In this document: one piece after another, positions 1 through 12,559 of the stretch
Layout: every line of letters begins with the position of its first letter
Position numbering within the stretch: position 1 is the first letter of the stretch
Origin: Macrostomum lignano
Lineage: Eukaryota
Assembly: GCA_002269645.1 (NCBI GenBank)
Contig: NIVC01002998.1
Coordinates: forward strand, 1-64,000
Direction of reading: 5' to 3'
Length of the DNA: 64,000 bases
Notes under the pieces: model-generated
The model's database searches: none
Told to the model about the DNA's origin: nothing
Seen by the model: the letters and a program-made list of their open reading frames with translations, nothing else
Position numbers and translations under genes: made by a program

Positions 1-227
1 TTAGTGTCATAAATCATAGATGGTAGATAGTAGGATAGTATCCTACTAGTAGATAGTAGATAGTAGGATCTCTAGTAAGATACTAAAAGTAGTATGAGCG
101 AAACATGTGCACTATAGTTTAGGATATACACTAGCATAATGTTGTAAGGTCGCAATTTATCATTATTTTTTAAAGATGGCCCGAAGAAATGGTCCTTTTC
201 CACTCACACGTCTGATTTCTTTTCCAG

Positions 228-288
228 ATGGAAGTTGATTTTCTGCAAGGAGGGGGCCTGCCCCCGCCGCCGCCGCCGCCACCGCCAC

Positions 289-319
<31 letters not shown>

Positions 320-374
320 GCCACCGCCTCGCCGGCTGAGGCGACTGCGGAGCGGCCGGCTGCAGCTACTTTAA
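228..374 (+). CDS. Possible terminal exon (Pro-rich or Ala-rich) of a gene starting upstream of the window
   Basis: Pyrimidine-rich acceptor ctgatttcttttccag ends at 227. It is followed by a GC-rich (ccg/cca)n tract open to TAA at 372-374 (MEVDFLQGGGLPPPP...RLQLL*). No recognisable domain. Confidence 0.25.
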
Positions 375-384
375 GACTTTAAGC

Positions 385-922
385 AGGGCTGGGCTACAAA
401 TCTGATTGTAGGGAAAGTTTGTATATATAGATAGATAGGATAAAGGAATGGATAAAATTTTACTGTTTAAGACATTTGGAATTAATTATTTAGACAGGCA
501 GACAGACAGACAGACAAACTTTCCCTACAATCAGATACGAACCCTCGGGTCATAATTAATAATAAATAATTTAAATAATAAATTAAATAATAGAAAGTAA
601 TAAATAATAAGTAATAAATAATTAAATAATAAATAATTTAATAATTTAAATAATTTAAATAAAATTTGAGTAATTTAAATAATAAATTAATAATAAATTA
701 ATAAATTAGTAATAATGTTTATTGTTTATTGTTTGTTAATGTTATTGTTATTGTGTTGTTATTGTAATGTTGTTGTAATGTTGTAATGTAATGTAATGTT
801 GTAATGTTGTAATGTAATTGTAATGTTATTGTTAATGTTTATTTATGTTTATTAAATGGTAAATATTTAATAATAATTTAATAATGTATTAAATTAATCG
901 GCCCGAGGGTTCTGCCCAGCCC
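385..922. mobile_element. Nested inverted-repeat (foldback/MITE-like) element
   Basis: 23-bp perfect inverted repeat at 400-422 / 514-536 around (gata)/(gaca) microsatellites. 10-bp IR aaccctcggg/cccgagggtt at 540-549 / 902-911 flanks an AT-only tract. Outer gggctgggc/gcccagccc at ~386 / ~914-922. Confidence 0.5.
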
Positions 923-1204
923 AATTTTTGGAATAAAAATCTTGCGCTTCAATTTCTTCCTTATTCAATGATCATAACATAGAGTTTAAAACAGTAGAGC
1001 TCAGTGGTAGATGTTTCAGAAAAGTGTCATTATCAGCCAGTAGGCTTGGCAGGATAGTACTTAGGAATGCTGTTAAATGCAACCAATTGAGTTCAATTTC
1101 AGCACCCCAGCAGCCTGGCTGGCTAGCTGTGTTTTCGCCACTCGACGTTCTGATACTTGGCGGAGGTGCTTAGCGAGTTATTGCATCTTGCGACAACAGA
1201 TAAG

Positions 1205-1530
1205 CACATTCCATCTAAAGCGTCGCCTCAGCATCCTGGGCTACGCCGATGATCTCGCCCTGCTGTCCTCAACCGTCAAGGGCGCCCAACGTCAGCTGGA
1301 CCGTCTGGTTGGCGTTGCTGCGAGCGTCGGCCTGGTGATCAACACGCAAAAGACCGTCGTGCTCACCATGCCCACCAACATCCAAGCCGACATCTACTGC
1401 CGAGGCGCTGATGGGCAGGCAACGCTGTTGCCGCGCGTTCAGCAGTTCGTGTACCTCGGCGGCCTGGTCGACGCGGCGCACGCCGGCCTGCTGCGCGCTG
1501 CCTTCAAGATCGGCGGCGGCGAGCATGTCA
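1205..1530 (+). pseudogene. Non-LTR retrotransposon reverse transcriptase fragment (RTE/CR1-like, C-terminal RT and thumb)
   Basis: Translation contains YADDLALL, GLVINTQKT and FVYLGG, which are non-LTR RT motifs 5-7. N-terminal RT motifs and an endonuclease are absent. Confidence 0.85.
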
Positions 1531-2142
1531 CTAGCGCGGCGCTGTACGCCCGAGCTCGCCTGGCCCGCCCCAGCGATCTGCTTCGCCGCCGGCGGCTCCA
1601 GTGCTGCTGGCCATGCAGCAGACAAGATTTCGCGTGGAGCTGCGCGTCCAATGAGAACGTAGCTACTCGAAGAAGTATAGGGCAAATGGCAGCTTCCCTT
1701 TCCTCTCCTCTCCAAGTTTTGGGGATATATATGGCACATGTTGGCACCTTTTGCGTTCCTAATTGGTCACATTTCTATTTTTCATTGTCCCTACTAAAAG
1801 TAAAAATTGTTACTGAATGAGCAAAAGTGCTCAACAATTTGGATTGTTAAAAGTAGTTTATAATTAAACATGTCTATTAGGCATATTTTTTTATGCAGTG
1901 TCCTATTCCCTTAAAAATGTCCCATTCCCTATAAAATTTGGCAACTTTATAATTAAGGCAAAAAATAATTAAATCGGTGCTTGACTTGTCCGCCATATTG
2001 TTTTTTAATCAGATTAACAAATTAATGTTTTTTATTCACTACGTATTTTGCTTTTTACTAAATACTACCCTTAGGGTATCTATTCAATTTTGATCAATAA
2101 TTTTTTAGGACAAGTACAGTTTTACATATTGGAAGTATAAAG

Positions 2143-2701
2143 TTACTTTTTAGTTACCATATTAACGTTACATTGAAAACTTATATTTAACAAGAATCTA
2201 ATGTTAGTCATGTTAGCAAGGACTAGGGCAGTACTGGCTGTTGCAATCTGTACACTTCTACACTTCTGGCTGTACAGCTTGAAGTGAATGTAGCCCTCGT
2301 TTTTGGCGTTGTCTTTGTATACCCAGAAGACCACTTGGCCGCCTATGCTAGTCCAGGCTTTCTGGCATTTCTGCAAGTTAACAAATTTTTAAATTTACTG
2401 TTAGTATGCATAATAGCATATCTGGCATAGCATAGCAAATGGGATTTTTTTATTTCTCAAAAAATATTTTTGTTTCATTTAGCAATGTATTCCTAATCTT
2501 AACACCTTAAGATCTGAAAGCCTTAACACTTACCTAGCAGGTAAAGCAGACTTCGGCTTGATCCTTGAAGTAGCACCACTGATTTCTAGGGATACCGGTG
2601 TTGTGCACATCCAGCAGGTTGAACTCTAGGTATAGGTGCCAGCTGCCGAACAAAAATTGGCTGAAAAAATCCACGAAACGTTTGTGCCAGACAATTTCCA
2701 T
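2143..2701 (-). pseudogene. RTP/zf-3CxxC-type zinc-binding protein gene, disrupted
   Basis: Exon 2702-2534 (acceptor ttttcttttcag, donor gtaagt) gives MEIVWHKRF..SWHLYLEFNLL..WCYFKDQAEVCFTC*. Exon from 2370 (acceptor ttgcag) gives KCQKAWTS..VVFW..GYIHFKLYSQKCR. Joined, this matches the RTP pattern W..F...W.L...NL...W.....A...F.CxxC...W.S...G......QxC. An in-frame TAG sits at the exon junction. Confidence 0.7.
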
Positions 2702-4139
2702 TCTGAAAAGAAAATAAAAAATTGACATGATATTTCGTCAGAACGCTATTAATTTGGATGTCAGGATTTCAGATAGTTTACAGAGTAACGGTAATTTGAC
2801 TATAAATTTTTAAATACAAGCCATGCTTATTGAACAAAAAAGCCTTACAAAGACAACAATATATTCATGCCAATATTTTTGCAGCAAGCAAATTATATAT
2901 ACTGCCAAGAAAAAAGACAGATTAACAGCAGTAGCAGGAAAAATTGTTTGTAATACGGAAATTATAAACAGTGGATATTTTTCGAAGAGTAAACTCTGAG
3001 CACATAATAATAAATCGTTGAAGAAGTATTGCACAATGGTGGAGAGGGATGAGGGAGTAGGGTGGAGTTATAGACAAAGTTATAGACAAACAAGTTGACT
3101 TTGTTTTTTATTATTAATATTAGTGCGAACCGCTGCTGCGAAGTATCGGGCACTAATTGCAAACCAGGCTGTCCGCTGTTCCGCTGGCAAGGTGCCGAGC
3201 CTTGCCACGCTGGCCAGTCTGGCAACACGCAGCAGCGTTTGTGGTTTGGGAAAGGTCTTGGTCACTGAACTGTAAAAACGTGATCCCTTCTGAACGTTTA
3301 AACGTCCCTTTTCTGGGCCATTAAATTTGTGATTCTTGCGTTTAGTCAACTCTTTTAACTCCGCCATTGCCGGTCCCCAGCCCGGATGAAAAAGGAGGGA
3401 AAGAAAATATGCATATGCTCACGTTCGTGTCACTGTTTTTCTGTTTTCATTTTTGATAAAACTGTCTTGCCATTTTCCACTTGAAATGTTTTTTTATGCT
3501 TTGTCTTTCTTATTTTCCGCATAATGGTATTTTGACATGGTGGACATTGTGTGTAGTATTTACAACGTAAATTACGTTGTAAACTAACGAACGTAGTCAA
3601 CTAAAAAGTCAACGTCAAAAGTCAAAGGCTTTAACTAAAATGCCGCCGGGAAGCCTGGCTCTGGGCCGTGACCCGGTCGGAGCTGGGCATTCTTTAAGCT
3701 GTCGGCTGACGCTGCCGCGCCAGCACCTGGGAAGCCAAGGAAGGCAACAATCGTGCAAAGGCCTCCAAAGCACGCTTACAAACACCCTATAGAGCAGTGT
3801 CAGACACGCTGGCAAACACCCTGCAGTTTCTGCAAGTAAAGCCAGTTGCTCTCGCAACTTACAACTAATCAAAACGACTAAAGTGAATTTAGTGAGTTTA
3901 GTAGGCCAAAAAAGGTGAATTTACTACCTAAAAATTTGGTACACTGTGGGTATCTATTTTAGATACGTAGTCAAAACATTTCACTACCCATAGACTTCCG
4001 TATCAGCCTCGCACAGTGCCTGTACTGGGTTGTACTATCAGTGTGAGCGGAGTATCATCGTCTCTCATCACGCTCAGGAGCCTCGGTGAGTCTGGTCATG
4101 CGACCTTTTCTTTTTTAGAGCGCAAATTAAGACCAGAGA

Positions 4140-4330
4140 GAAGAGAGGTGAAGGAAAAGACGAGAGAAGAGTGGGAGGAGAGGAAAGAGAAAAGAGAAAA
4201 GAAATGAGATAAGAGAGATGAAAAAGAAGAGAAATGAGAGAAGATACGAGAGAAGAGGGGAGAGAGGAGAGAGTAAAGAGAAGAGAGGAGAGAGCAGAGA
4301 GGAGAGACGAGGGACGAAACAGAAGAGAGG
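4140..4330. repeat. GA-rich low-complexity tract
   Basis: Purine-only agag/gaga runs. Confidence 0.85.
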
Positions 4331-4714
4331 AAACCTCTCTCCTAATAGCTGTGGGAATTATTTATTTTTACTATTTTCTGTTATTTACTATTTACTATTT
4401 ACTGTTATTTTTACATTGGCGGCCCTGTCGGTGGCAATGGTGGCGGCCATGACGACGGTGGCCCTGGCGGCGGTGGCCCTGGCGGCGGTGGCCAGTTTTG
4501 ATATCAGAATACACATACAGGAGCAGTAAAACGGTTTTTGCCAAATTATTAAGACAAGTTTGTGGACAAGTCATTCACGATGTTACATTTTTGAGAGTTT
4601 GACTTACGTTTATGGTTTGAGTTTTTTTACCTTGTACCGAATAACGATTTTAAAGGCGTTTAACCCTTAAAAAGATGCCATATAATGTTTGCGGACACTA
4701 CATGTATAGTTTAG

Positions 4715-4990
4715 CAGGGGCGCGACTAGAGGTTTCAGGGGGGCGCTAAAATGAGTGCCTGTGGCGCAAAAATGAGTGCCTGTGGCGCAAAAATGAGTGC
4801 CTGTGGCGCTAAAATGAGTACCTGCGGTGCTAAAATGAGTGTCTGCGCCGCTAAATCGAGTGGCTGGGCCGCTAAAATGAGTGCTGACAACACTGATTCT
4901 GATAATAATGTACGTGTAGAAATTTCGTCGTGTACATGTAGAATTCTTGGCTTTGTCCCCCATTATAAAATCCATGGCGACGCGCCTAAG
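4715..4990 (-). mobile_element. Dispersed MITE-like element carrying a 21-bp minisatellite (family copy 1)
   Basis: Reverse complement of the head ggcgtcgccatggatttt..gggggacaaagccaagaattctacatgtaca at 4880-4990, plus aaaatgagtgcctgtggcgc units at 4747-4885. Confidence 0.7.
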
Positions 4991-5387
4991 TAAGAAAAAT
5001 CAAAATTAGCTATACAGCTTCCTTCTGTTATACGATTGCCATGTAGCTGCAGTATATAATATAGGCTTTTTAACAAAACATTAGCAAAAGCTAGGGTACT
5101 TGCACAGTTCCACTCTCATGCCTTATAAATTGATAGCTGACCAGACCATTCAGTCTATCTTGCATCTCGAAAAAGGTGCTATGAGCCATATATAATCCCT
5201 AAAACTTACACCATAACTCTCTGATCTCTTGATCTTTTTACTTCTCTGCTCTGCTCTCTGCTTTCACAATATTTAAGAAACTCGATTTTTACTGGGCCCT
5301 ATCATCCTGTAGCCTCTGGATGCGCCCCTGGTACATGATAGCCGCGTAGATGCATATTTAAAGCAATTCCGTGTTGTAGTTATGTAC

Positions 5388-5560
5388 TCAGGCGCGTCGC
5401 CATGGATTTTATGGTGGGGGGACAAAGCCAAGAATTCTACATGTACATGTACACGACGAAATTCCTACACGTACATCATAATCAGAATTGGTATTGTCAG
5501 CACTTATTTTAACGCCGCATGCACTTATTTTAGCGCGGCAAGCACTTATTTCAGCTCCGT
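5388..5560 (+). mobile_element. Same family, copy 2 (inverted relative to copy 1)
   Basis: ggcgcgtcgccatggattttatggtggggggacaaagccaagaattctacatgtaca followed by degenerate gcacttatttt units. Confidence 0.7.
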
Positions 5561-7399
5561 GTGAAATGGTGTCTTAGCTTTTGTGACCTCGGAAGCATTT
5601 ATTTGATCCTTTGAGGTCTACAGAGAAGCACTAGAGCGAAACTTAAGCTAGTCTGGCAGCAACCTACTATTATTAGTAAGACACTCGACAAATTTAGCTT
5701 AATTTGAAGCCCCTATTTCGGCTACAAAGATCTGCATTCGGCATTCTGAACATCGGCAAAACTAGACCACTAAGCCGCGACCACAGCTACCCTCCCCCTG
5801 AGCTTGAGGAACTCAGCAGCGGAGCTCCCTATCATCTGCAAGCCAAAGTTCTCATTGAAGTTTGTTTGAAATGTCAAAACGCACTAATTAGAATGGCTAG
5901 AACGAACAAATTAAAACCGGTCACCTAATACAAATTAGTCCTCCTAAACCCCTTTGACCTCAGTAGGATTAATAATTAATATTTGCAGTAAGAAGCCCTA
6001 AAATTTTATTAAAAACTGAAAAAAGAATAGAATATAGTAACAAATAGAACAATATTATAACCTAGACTATAGGTTACATGTATGCCAAAAAATTGATCTG
6101 TTTAAAAGTAGGCTTATAAATTTATGCCAATCTTTTTTGCATATAAATATTAATTAATTTATTCATGCCAAGCATGAAAATTGCAAGGTAATGGAACATT
6201 TTACGTGAAAAAAAGAAAATTTGTATAGTTATAAAAGTCAATTATAGAAGTTTTGTTTTAATAAAATAAAGAATAAATAAAATTAGTAAATTTTAAATAA
6301 AATTAGGCTTAATGATAGAATTTATAATTTAACTTTGAGAGCCTAGCTTAGGACTAGGTAGGAGCCTGATATATTTTATCTAACATTAGTAACAAGATGT
6401 CAAGATTCTTTTGTATACTAACAGTTTAGCCTAAGTAGACAAGATTGACCAACTTGACCTTTTGACTAATGGGTTTTCTTAGCTAATAAAACAGCCCTTA
6501 AAAGGGCAGTTTTAACAAAATTCTACCTTTGCTTCAGGCTTAGAAACTTGCTGGAAGTCATAAATAGCCTAGGCCTATAGAGCAGAGATCTAAGGAATAA
6601 AGATAAATATATTTCAGTTTTAGTTAATTCTGTACATTTGTAGTATTACAGCACAACTGATTCAGTGAATCAGTGATTCCTCTATTATGCTGTATTATAT
6701 ATAGACCTATATATACCACTATCAATACAGGATATCAACGCCTATGGCTATGTATCTACTGTAAAAACTGAAATGCCTTCGCGAAAAAAGCTTTCATATA
6801 GAAATGGCAGACAGTAGTCAGTCAGAAATCAAACTTACCGTCCAAGTCCAATGCTTAGACTCCTAAGACGCATTAAGTCATTAAGTCTTAAGTCCACATT
6901 AACTTACCCAGATAAATTTATGACCCATCTGGTCTATAGAGTTTATTCTACAGGCTGGGTTCCCACTCAAGGGTGGATCCATATCTTATGGCCCCGTTTT
7001 AAATTAATTTAAATCGGGTTGAATTTACCAAGTAGAAAAACTCACTAATCGATAATTTTAAAAACGAGTGCAGACAATTTTTATTGGACGCGGCAAAAAT
7101 TCCTCCTATCGCCAAGTGCCATACCATGTCATTTACGTTACTGGCTACTCATAGTAAAAATGCAACAAAACATTGAGATAATTTTCGCTTTAACTAATCA
7201 TTTTTATTGAGCTAAGAGCTTACTTTTCCTTGTTTAAAAGCTAACAGCTAACAAAGCTAACAAAAGCTAACAAAATGAATAATCAATAATTAGACAATTC
7301 TTACAAGTTAACAAGTTCATACCATTAGTAAGGTGCCAAAAATTAGCAATTCGATTTAATTATTTTCCAAAATTATCAAACAGTTTTAAAGAGTTATAC

Positions 7400-8030
7400 A
7401 ACAACACAGTCTAAAAATGTTGGTGCTAGTGCTAGCGCTCCCGTTTGTGGCTGGCGCTCTTTGATACGCTGAGTATGCTCTAATCTTATCCTAAGTAAGT
7501 TATTAACTAAACAATTTAATTTGACAGAAAATTCTAAACAGGCTCTAAGAAGCAGTAGACTCCAGTTAGCAGTCCATAAAAACTTAAAGTTTTAAAAAGT
7601 TTTTGAACGCGTTTGATGAGAAATAAATTACAAAGAATTCCCCGGGTCGTCAAGCAGAAAGTTTCTTGCTTGTCCTGAAAAGGGCCGTTTTTAAACATTT
7701 ACTAGTTACTACTGCTTTTGCTCGGTCAGAACAGGGTCATGCAGGCACATTAAAATCAAGAATTCATGTTAAAAGAGTTTTGAAGCATTCGAATAAAAGT
7801 TCAATAAAATCAATTCCCTTGGTTATAGTTATAGTTTGTGTGTTGGTCCTGAGCTGAAAGAACGGTTTTGAAGAATTACTATTTACGTTGATCTGCCGGT
7901 TCAGAGCAATGCAGTTACATGAAATTCAATAGTTCATGCTAAGAGTTTTGCTGTGCTCTTTAAATACCTGTCCCCAAGTGAGAGTTTGAGTGGTTGCCCT
8001 GAAAAGGGCCGTTTTATCGATTACTATTTA
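7400..8030 (+). repeat. Degenerate ~165/330-bp tandem repeat family, block 1
   Basis: cctgaaaagggccgtttt at 7674 and 7998. gtgctagcgc..cccgtttgtggctggcgc and cagaacagg..caggcacattaaaa are shared with 12560-13440. Confidence 0.65.
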
Positions 8031-8611
8031 CTTCACTGTTTACCCATAGCGGGCTTTTGCCATTTTGCTATTTATAGCTTACTTAAGCCATTATCCTAAC
8101 TGGCTTAGTAGGTAATATATAAATAATTACCTATTATTTCACTAAGATTAATAATTTAAATCTTCCATTTATATATATAGTCTTCCTAAAAGCTTTAAAC
8201 AGCAGAATCAGTCACAAATGGAGTTTTACATACCCACTGCCACTACCCAGTCATCATGTGACAGCTGATAGGTCCATTTATAGTTATATTACCTTAATTA
8301 ACTTATCTGGGCATGACATCGTCAAATCAAATCCCCTTCTTGAGGGGAACCCCTTCTCCCCCCAGACCCCTTACCCTTATGCATGTAATATTCCAGCAAC
8401 ATTGGAAAGTCGGTTCGGCATGCACCGGCAGAGGTCGGCACTCTATATATGCAGTAATGTCTGTTGGACTATTCTGAAATCAAAATCAAATATGCGAGAA
8501 AAAGCTCTGCGGCTGCGGGCTGCGGGCAAATCTGGGCGGAAAATCTCTCTGTGCCGTCGGCGGGCAATTCGACTGCAGGTGCTACTCGTGCTCGCGCTGC
8601 CGCCTTCCCTC

Positions 8612-8930
8612 TTCTCCCTTCACTCTAACCCCATCTCCCTTCACTCTAACCCCATCTCCCTTCACTCTAACCCCATCTCCTTTCACTCTAACCCCATCTC
8701 CTTTCACTCTAACCCCATCTCCTTTCACTCTAACCCCATCTCCTTTCACTCTAACCCCATCTCCCCTCACTCTAACCCCCTCTCCCTTCACTCTAACCCC
8801 ATCTCCCTTCACTCTAACCCCTCTCCCTTCACTCTAACCCCTCTCCCTTCACTCTAACCCCATCTCCTTTCACTCTAACCCCATCTCCCTTCACTCTAAC
8901 CCCCTCTCCCTTCACCCTACCTTTATATTT
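8612..8930. repeat. 21-bp CT-rich minisatellite (cttcactctaaccccatctcc)n
   Basis: About 14 direct units visible. Confidence 0.95.
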
Positions 8931-9039
8931 CACTATACCACGCACCCTCTCCCTTCAATTTACTCTCTTTCTCCCTTTACTCTACCCCTTGTCCCTTCAC
9001 TCTATCCCCTCCCTCCCCCATTTCACACGTCTCACTCCC

Positions 9040-9690
9040 CTCTACCGGTGGGAGAAAAGGAGATAGGAGAGAAAAAGGGTATGATGAGATAGGGGGAAAT
9101 AGTAGAAGAGAGAGGGAAATAGGGGAGGGAGGGAAAGAGGGGAGAGAGGGAAAGAAGGGAGAGAGGGAAAGAGGGGAGAGAGGGAAAGAGGGGAGAGAGG
9201 GAAAGAGGGGAGAGAGGGAAAGAGGGGAGAGAGGGAAAGAGGGGAGAGAGGGAAGAGGGGAGAGAGGGAAAGAGGGGAGAGAGGGAAAGAGGGGAGAGAG
9301 GGAAAGAGGGGAGAGAGGGAAAGAGGAAAGAGAGGGAAAGAGGGGAGAGAGGGAAAGAGGAAAGAGAGGGAAAGAGGGAAGAGAGGGAGAGAGGGGAGAG
9401 AGGGAAAGAGGGGAGAGAGGGAAAGAGGGGAGAGAGGGAAAGAGGGGAGAGAAGGAAAGAGGGGAGAGAGGGAAAGAGGGGAGAGAGGGAAATAGGGGAG
9501 GGAGTGAAAGAGGGGAGAGAGGGAAAGAGGGGAGGGAGGGAAAGAGGGGAGAGAGGGAAAGAGGGGAGAGAGGGAAAGAGGGGAGAGAAGGAAAGAGGGG
9601 AGAGAGGGAAAGAGGGGAGAGAGGGAAAGAGGGGAGAGAGGGAAAGAGGGGAAAGAGGTGAGAGAGGGAAAGAGGGCAGAGAGGAAAACA
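9040..9690. repeat. 17-bp purine minisatellite (gagggaaagaggggaga)n
   Basis: Direct tandem units. Confidence 0.95.
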
Positions 9691-10961
9691 GAAACCTCAA
9701 ACTTTAAAGTACGGAAGCTCTAACAAAAAAGTTTGAACAAAGTGCATATTTCAAACATTAATAATGCTTCAGGGCTATCGTCAATATTATGAACGCAAAT
9801 TTTTTTTGAACAAAATTTTCTCCGATACAAAGTCAAGAAGTGATTTAAAAGATCCATTGTGAGTGAGTGGTGAGCATGCAAATGTGAATAAAAAATATGG
9901 TTGATTTTCTACAGATTTAACACAAAAAACGCAAATTATACTACTGATATTATACTTCTAAAATAACATGCATGTCAAAGAAATTATGTAATGGTAATAA
10001 TATAAAATACGCTATCTTACGAGAGCGAAATTTAATCTACAATCTCTGTGTGTGAAGTATATCTACTTCTCTATCTATATTTTTTAAATATCATCCACTT
10101 CTGCCCATCTTACTTCCGGGAGTTCTGATATGCAGAGTCGATGTACATGATGCATGCACACATGCAAAATTTATTGCAAATTATATTGAACACCGCGAAC
10201 CTGAGCCAAAGGAAATTTGGGGTTGTTGGATCACTTGGATTGGCACAACACCATATATTGCATTTATCAATATACACAGCCAAATGCAGTATTACTGGAA
10301 GTAGTGCACGCAGTCTGCCTAAACCACTATTTAAATGCTGCCATGCAAATTTTACTTCTCCACTATGACCTCTCCTTTCATCAGTAATTTCCCATAGTAT
10401 TCCCATGGTAACAGCTCTATCTCACCCAGTCTAGCGCGTATCTCAACCAGTCTGGCACATCTCATAGTCTGAAAAACACTGAGACTTATGCTGGGTGGCC
10501 AATAGTTACTTTAATTTAAATACATGTATCAAACTGCATTTATATTGGAAGCTTTATTGCTATTTTTTCACAGAGTTTACACGATTCTAGCTAAGATTTT
10601 ATCCCTAATTCTTAAATTATGAAAAATGTCCTTTATGACTCAATCCTATTATGCAGATCAGGGGTCAGACAGTCTCTTTTACTTCAAGAGCCTCGTTTTG
10701 ATGATGATGAGTTCAGCTCATGACTGCGGCACGGATAAGAGTGGAAAGGCGAGAGATAGGATGAGACTGGTCGGAGAATAGACAAAACAGCAGATAAGAG
10801 AAGATAAAAGAGAAGAAGAAAGGAGAAAGAAAGGTGAGAAGTGAGAAGTGAGAAGTGAGAAGAAAGGAGAACTGGAGAGATCCAAAGGGTAGAGAGTGTA
10901 TACTCGTAGAGAAGAGTGGGGAGGAAGGAGAGGGGAGAGAAGAGAAGAGAGCAGAGAAGAG

Positions 10962-11456
10962 TAGGGATTGCAATCCCGGGATCCCGGTATCCCCAAATCC
11001 TGGGACTAATTTTTGTTAATTTTTACAAAAAGTGCTGTAATCTAAACATAATTAGGCCCACAAGTAGTTTATTATATACTGCACTAATTTCCGTTAATTG
11101 CCTCACGTCACGTGGCACCTTTTTAAACCCCGCATCACAGATTTAAATGTGAAATTGATTCCAATTTAAATTTTGATATGATTTGCTTCTTTACTACTAA
11201 TTAGTACATTTATACTACTTACTTCAATAGGTCACAAGATAATGCTGTTTTTCATCTACAAATAGATCATTATCTCTATAACAATAAAAAATTAAGCAAA
11301 AAAGCGTTTAGCGCATATTTTGCCTTAAAATTTTAACCTAGAAGCATAAAAATCTGTATTATTCTGATCCCGGGATTCAATCCCGGGATTGGCCAAATTC
11401 CGGGATTAAATCCCGGGATGCCGGGATCACAAAAATCCGGGATTTTGCAATCCCTA
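10962..11456. mobile_element. hAT-type MITE (495 bp)
   Basis: 12-bp TIRs tagggattgcaa (10962-10973) / ttgcaatcccta (11445-11456). 8-bp TSD gagaagag (10954-10961, 11457-11464). Clustered subterminal atcccggga motifs at both ends. Confidence 0.9.
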
Positions 11457-11697
11457 GAGAAGAGACACAAACCCTAAGCACGAACGATCAGCGCATTATA
11501 AATGCGATTTATAATTAGATTCGAGGTGGAGAGAATATCAGTGCGAGAAAGAGACCAATGGACGACAGATAATGCCTTTTACAATAAATAAATAAATATA
11601 TATATATATGTGCATGTGCTTTTCGATGCCTGTGCTTTTCACAGCACCCCCCTCGGTCACCACCCCCCAGGTAAGTCTGTGGGAGCTTTCCAATTTC

Positions 11698-12440
11698 AGG
11701 GGGCGTCGCCATGGATTTATGGTGGTGGGGGGACAAAGCCAAGATTAAGAATTCAATTAAAGTTCCCATATTGTTTAGGGAATCAGTGTGTTTTTAGCAT
11801 TCATTTTGGCGCCGCAGGCACTCATTTATTGGCATTGACACCATAGGCAGGCACTCATTTAGACTCCACAGGCACTCATTTTGGCGCCGCACGGCCGCAG
11901 GCACTCATTTTGATGCCGCAGGCACTCATTTTAGCGCCGAAGGCAGGCACTCATTTTGGCGCCGCAGGTACTCATTTTGGCGCCGCAGGCACTCATTTTG
12001 GCGCCGAAGGCAGGCACTCATTTTGGCGCCGAAGACAGGCACTCATTTTGGCGCCGAAGGCAAACACTCATTTTGGCGCCGAAGGCAGGCACTCATTTTG
12101 GCGCCGAAGGCAGGCACTCATTTTGGCGCCGAAGGCAGCTGCACTCATTTTGGCGCCGAAGGCAGGCACTCATTTTGGCGCCGAAGGCAGGCAGGCCAGG
12201 TAAATTGAAAATACATGTAACCTTAACATAGCCAGTTAACAACTTTGCCTTAACACTCTGCAGTGACAAAGGTGACACAGTCTATAAATAACTAAAGACA
12301 CTGGCTTTATTTAACTCAGGATCAAGCTTCATATATATGCAGTTTTTCTTACAAATCAATCAATATTTCGGCTTTCAATTTTTGATCAATTTTTGAAACT
12401 TTAGGAGAGCTGGCGGCCCCGCCCCCAAGCCTTACGCCCA
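11698..12440 (+). mobile_element. Minisatellite-carrying MITE-like element, copy 3
   Basis: Head gggggcgtcgccatggattt..gggggacaaagccaaga, then a 21-25-bp array (gcaggcactcattttggcgccgaag)n at ~11800-12190. Confidence 0.7.
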
Positions 12441-12559
12441 CGCTAAGCTAACAAAATCAGGTGCACTCAAAGAAGGTTGAATTTTAAGAAAAATTTTAAG
12501 AATTTTAAGAATCATCAATTCGATTTACAATTCTTTTCCAAAATAATCGAACAGCTTAA

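Noticed and set aside
3080-3367. 95-aa minus-strand ORF with good ATG context upstream of the RTP-like exons
   Set aside because: No recognisable domain and no convincing phase-compatible donor to link it. It may be a UTR or first exon, but this is unsupported.
3640-3870. GC-rich segment, one frame reading ..AVSDTLANTLQFLQ, faintly like P-element/THAP9 transposase
   Set aside because: Similarity is too short and there are no flanking transposase motifs or TIRs.
8612-8930. Telomere-like ctaaccc within the 21-bp unit
   Set aside because: A single partial motif per unit that is absent from the related 13560-14010 array; not a (TTAGGG)n tract.
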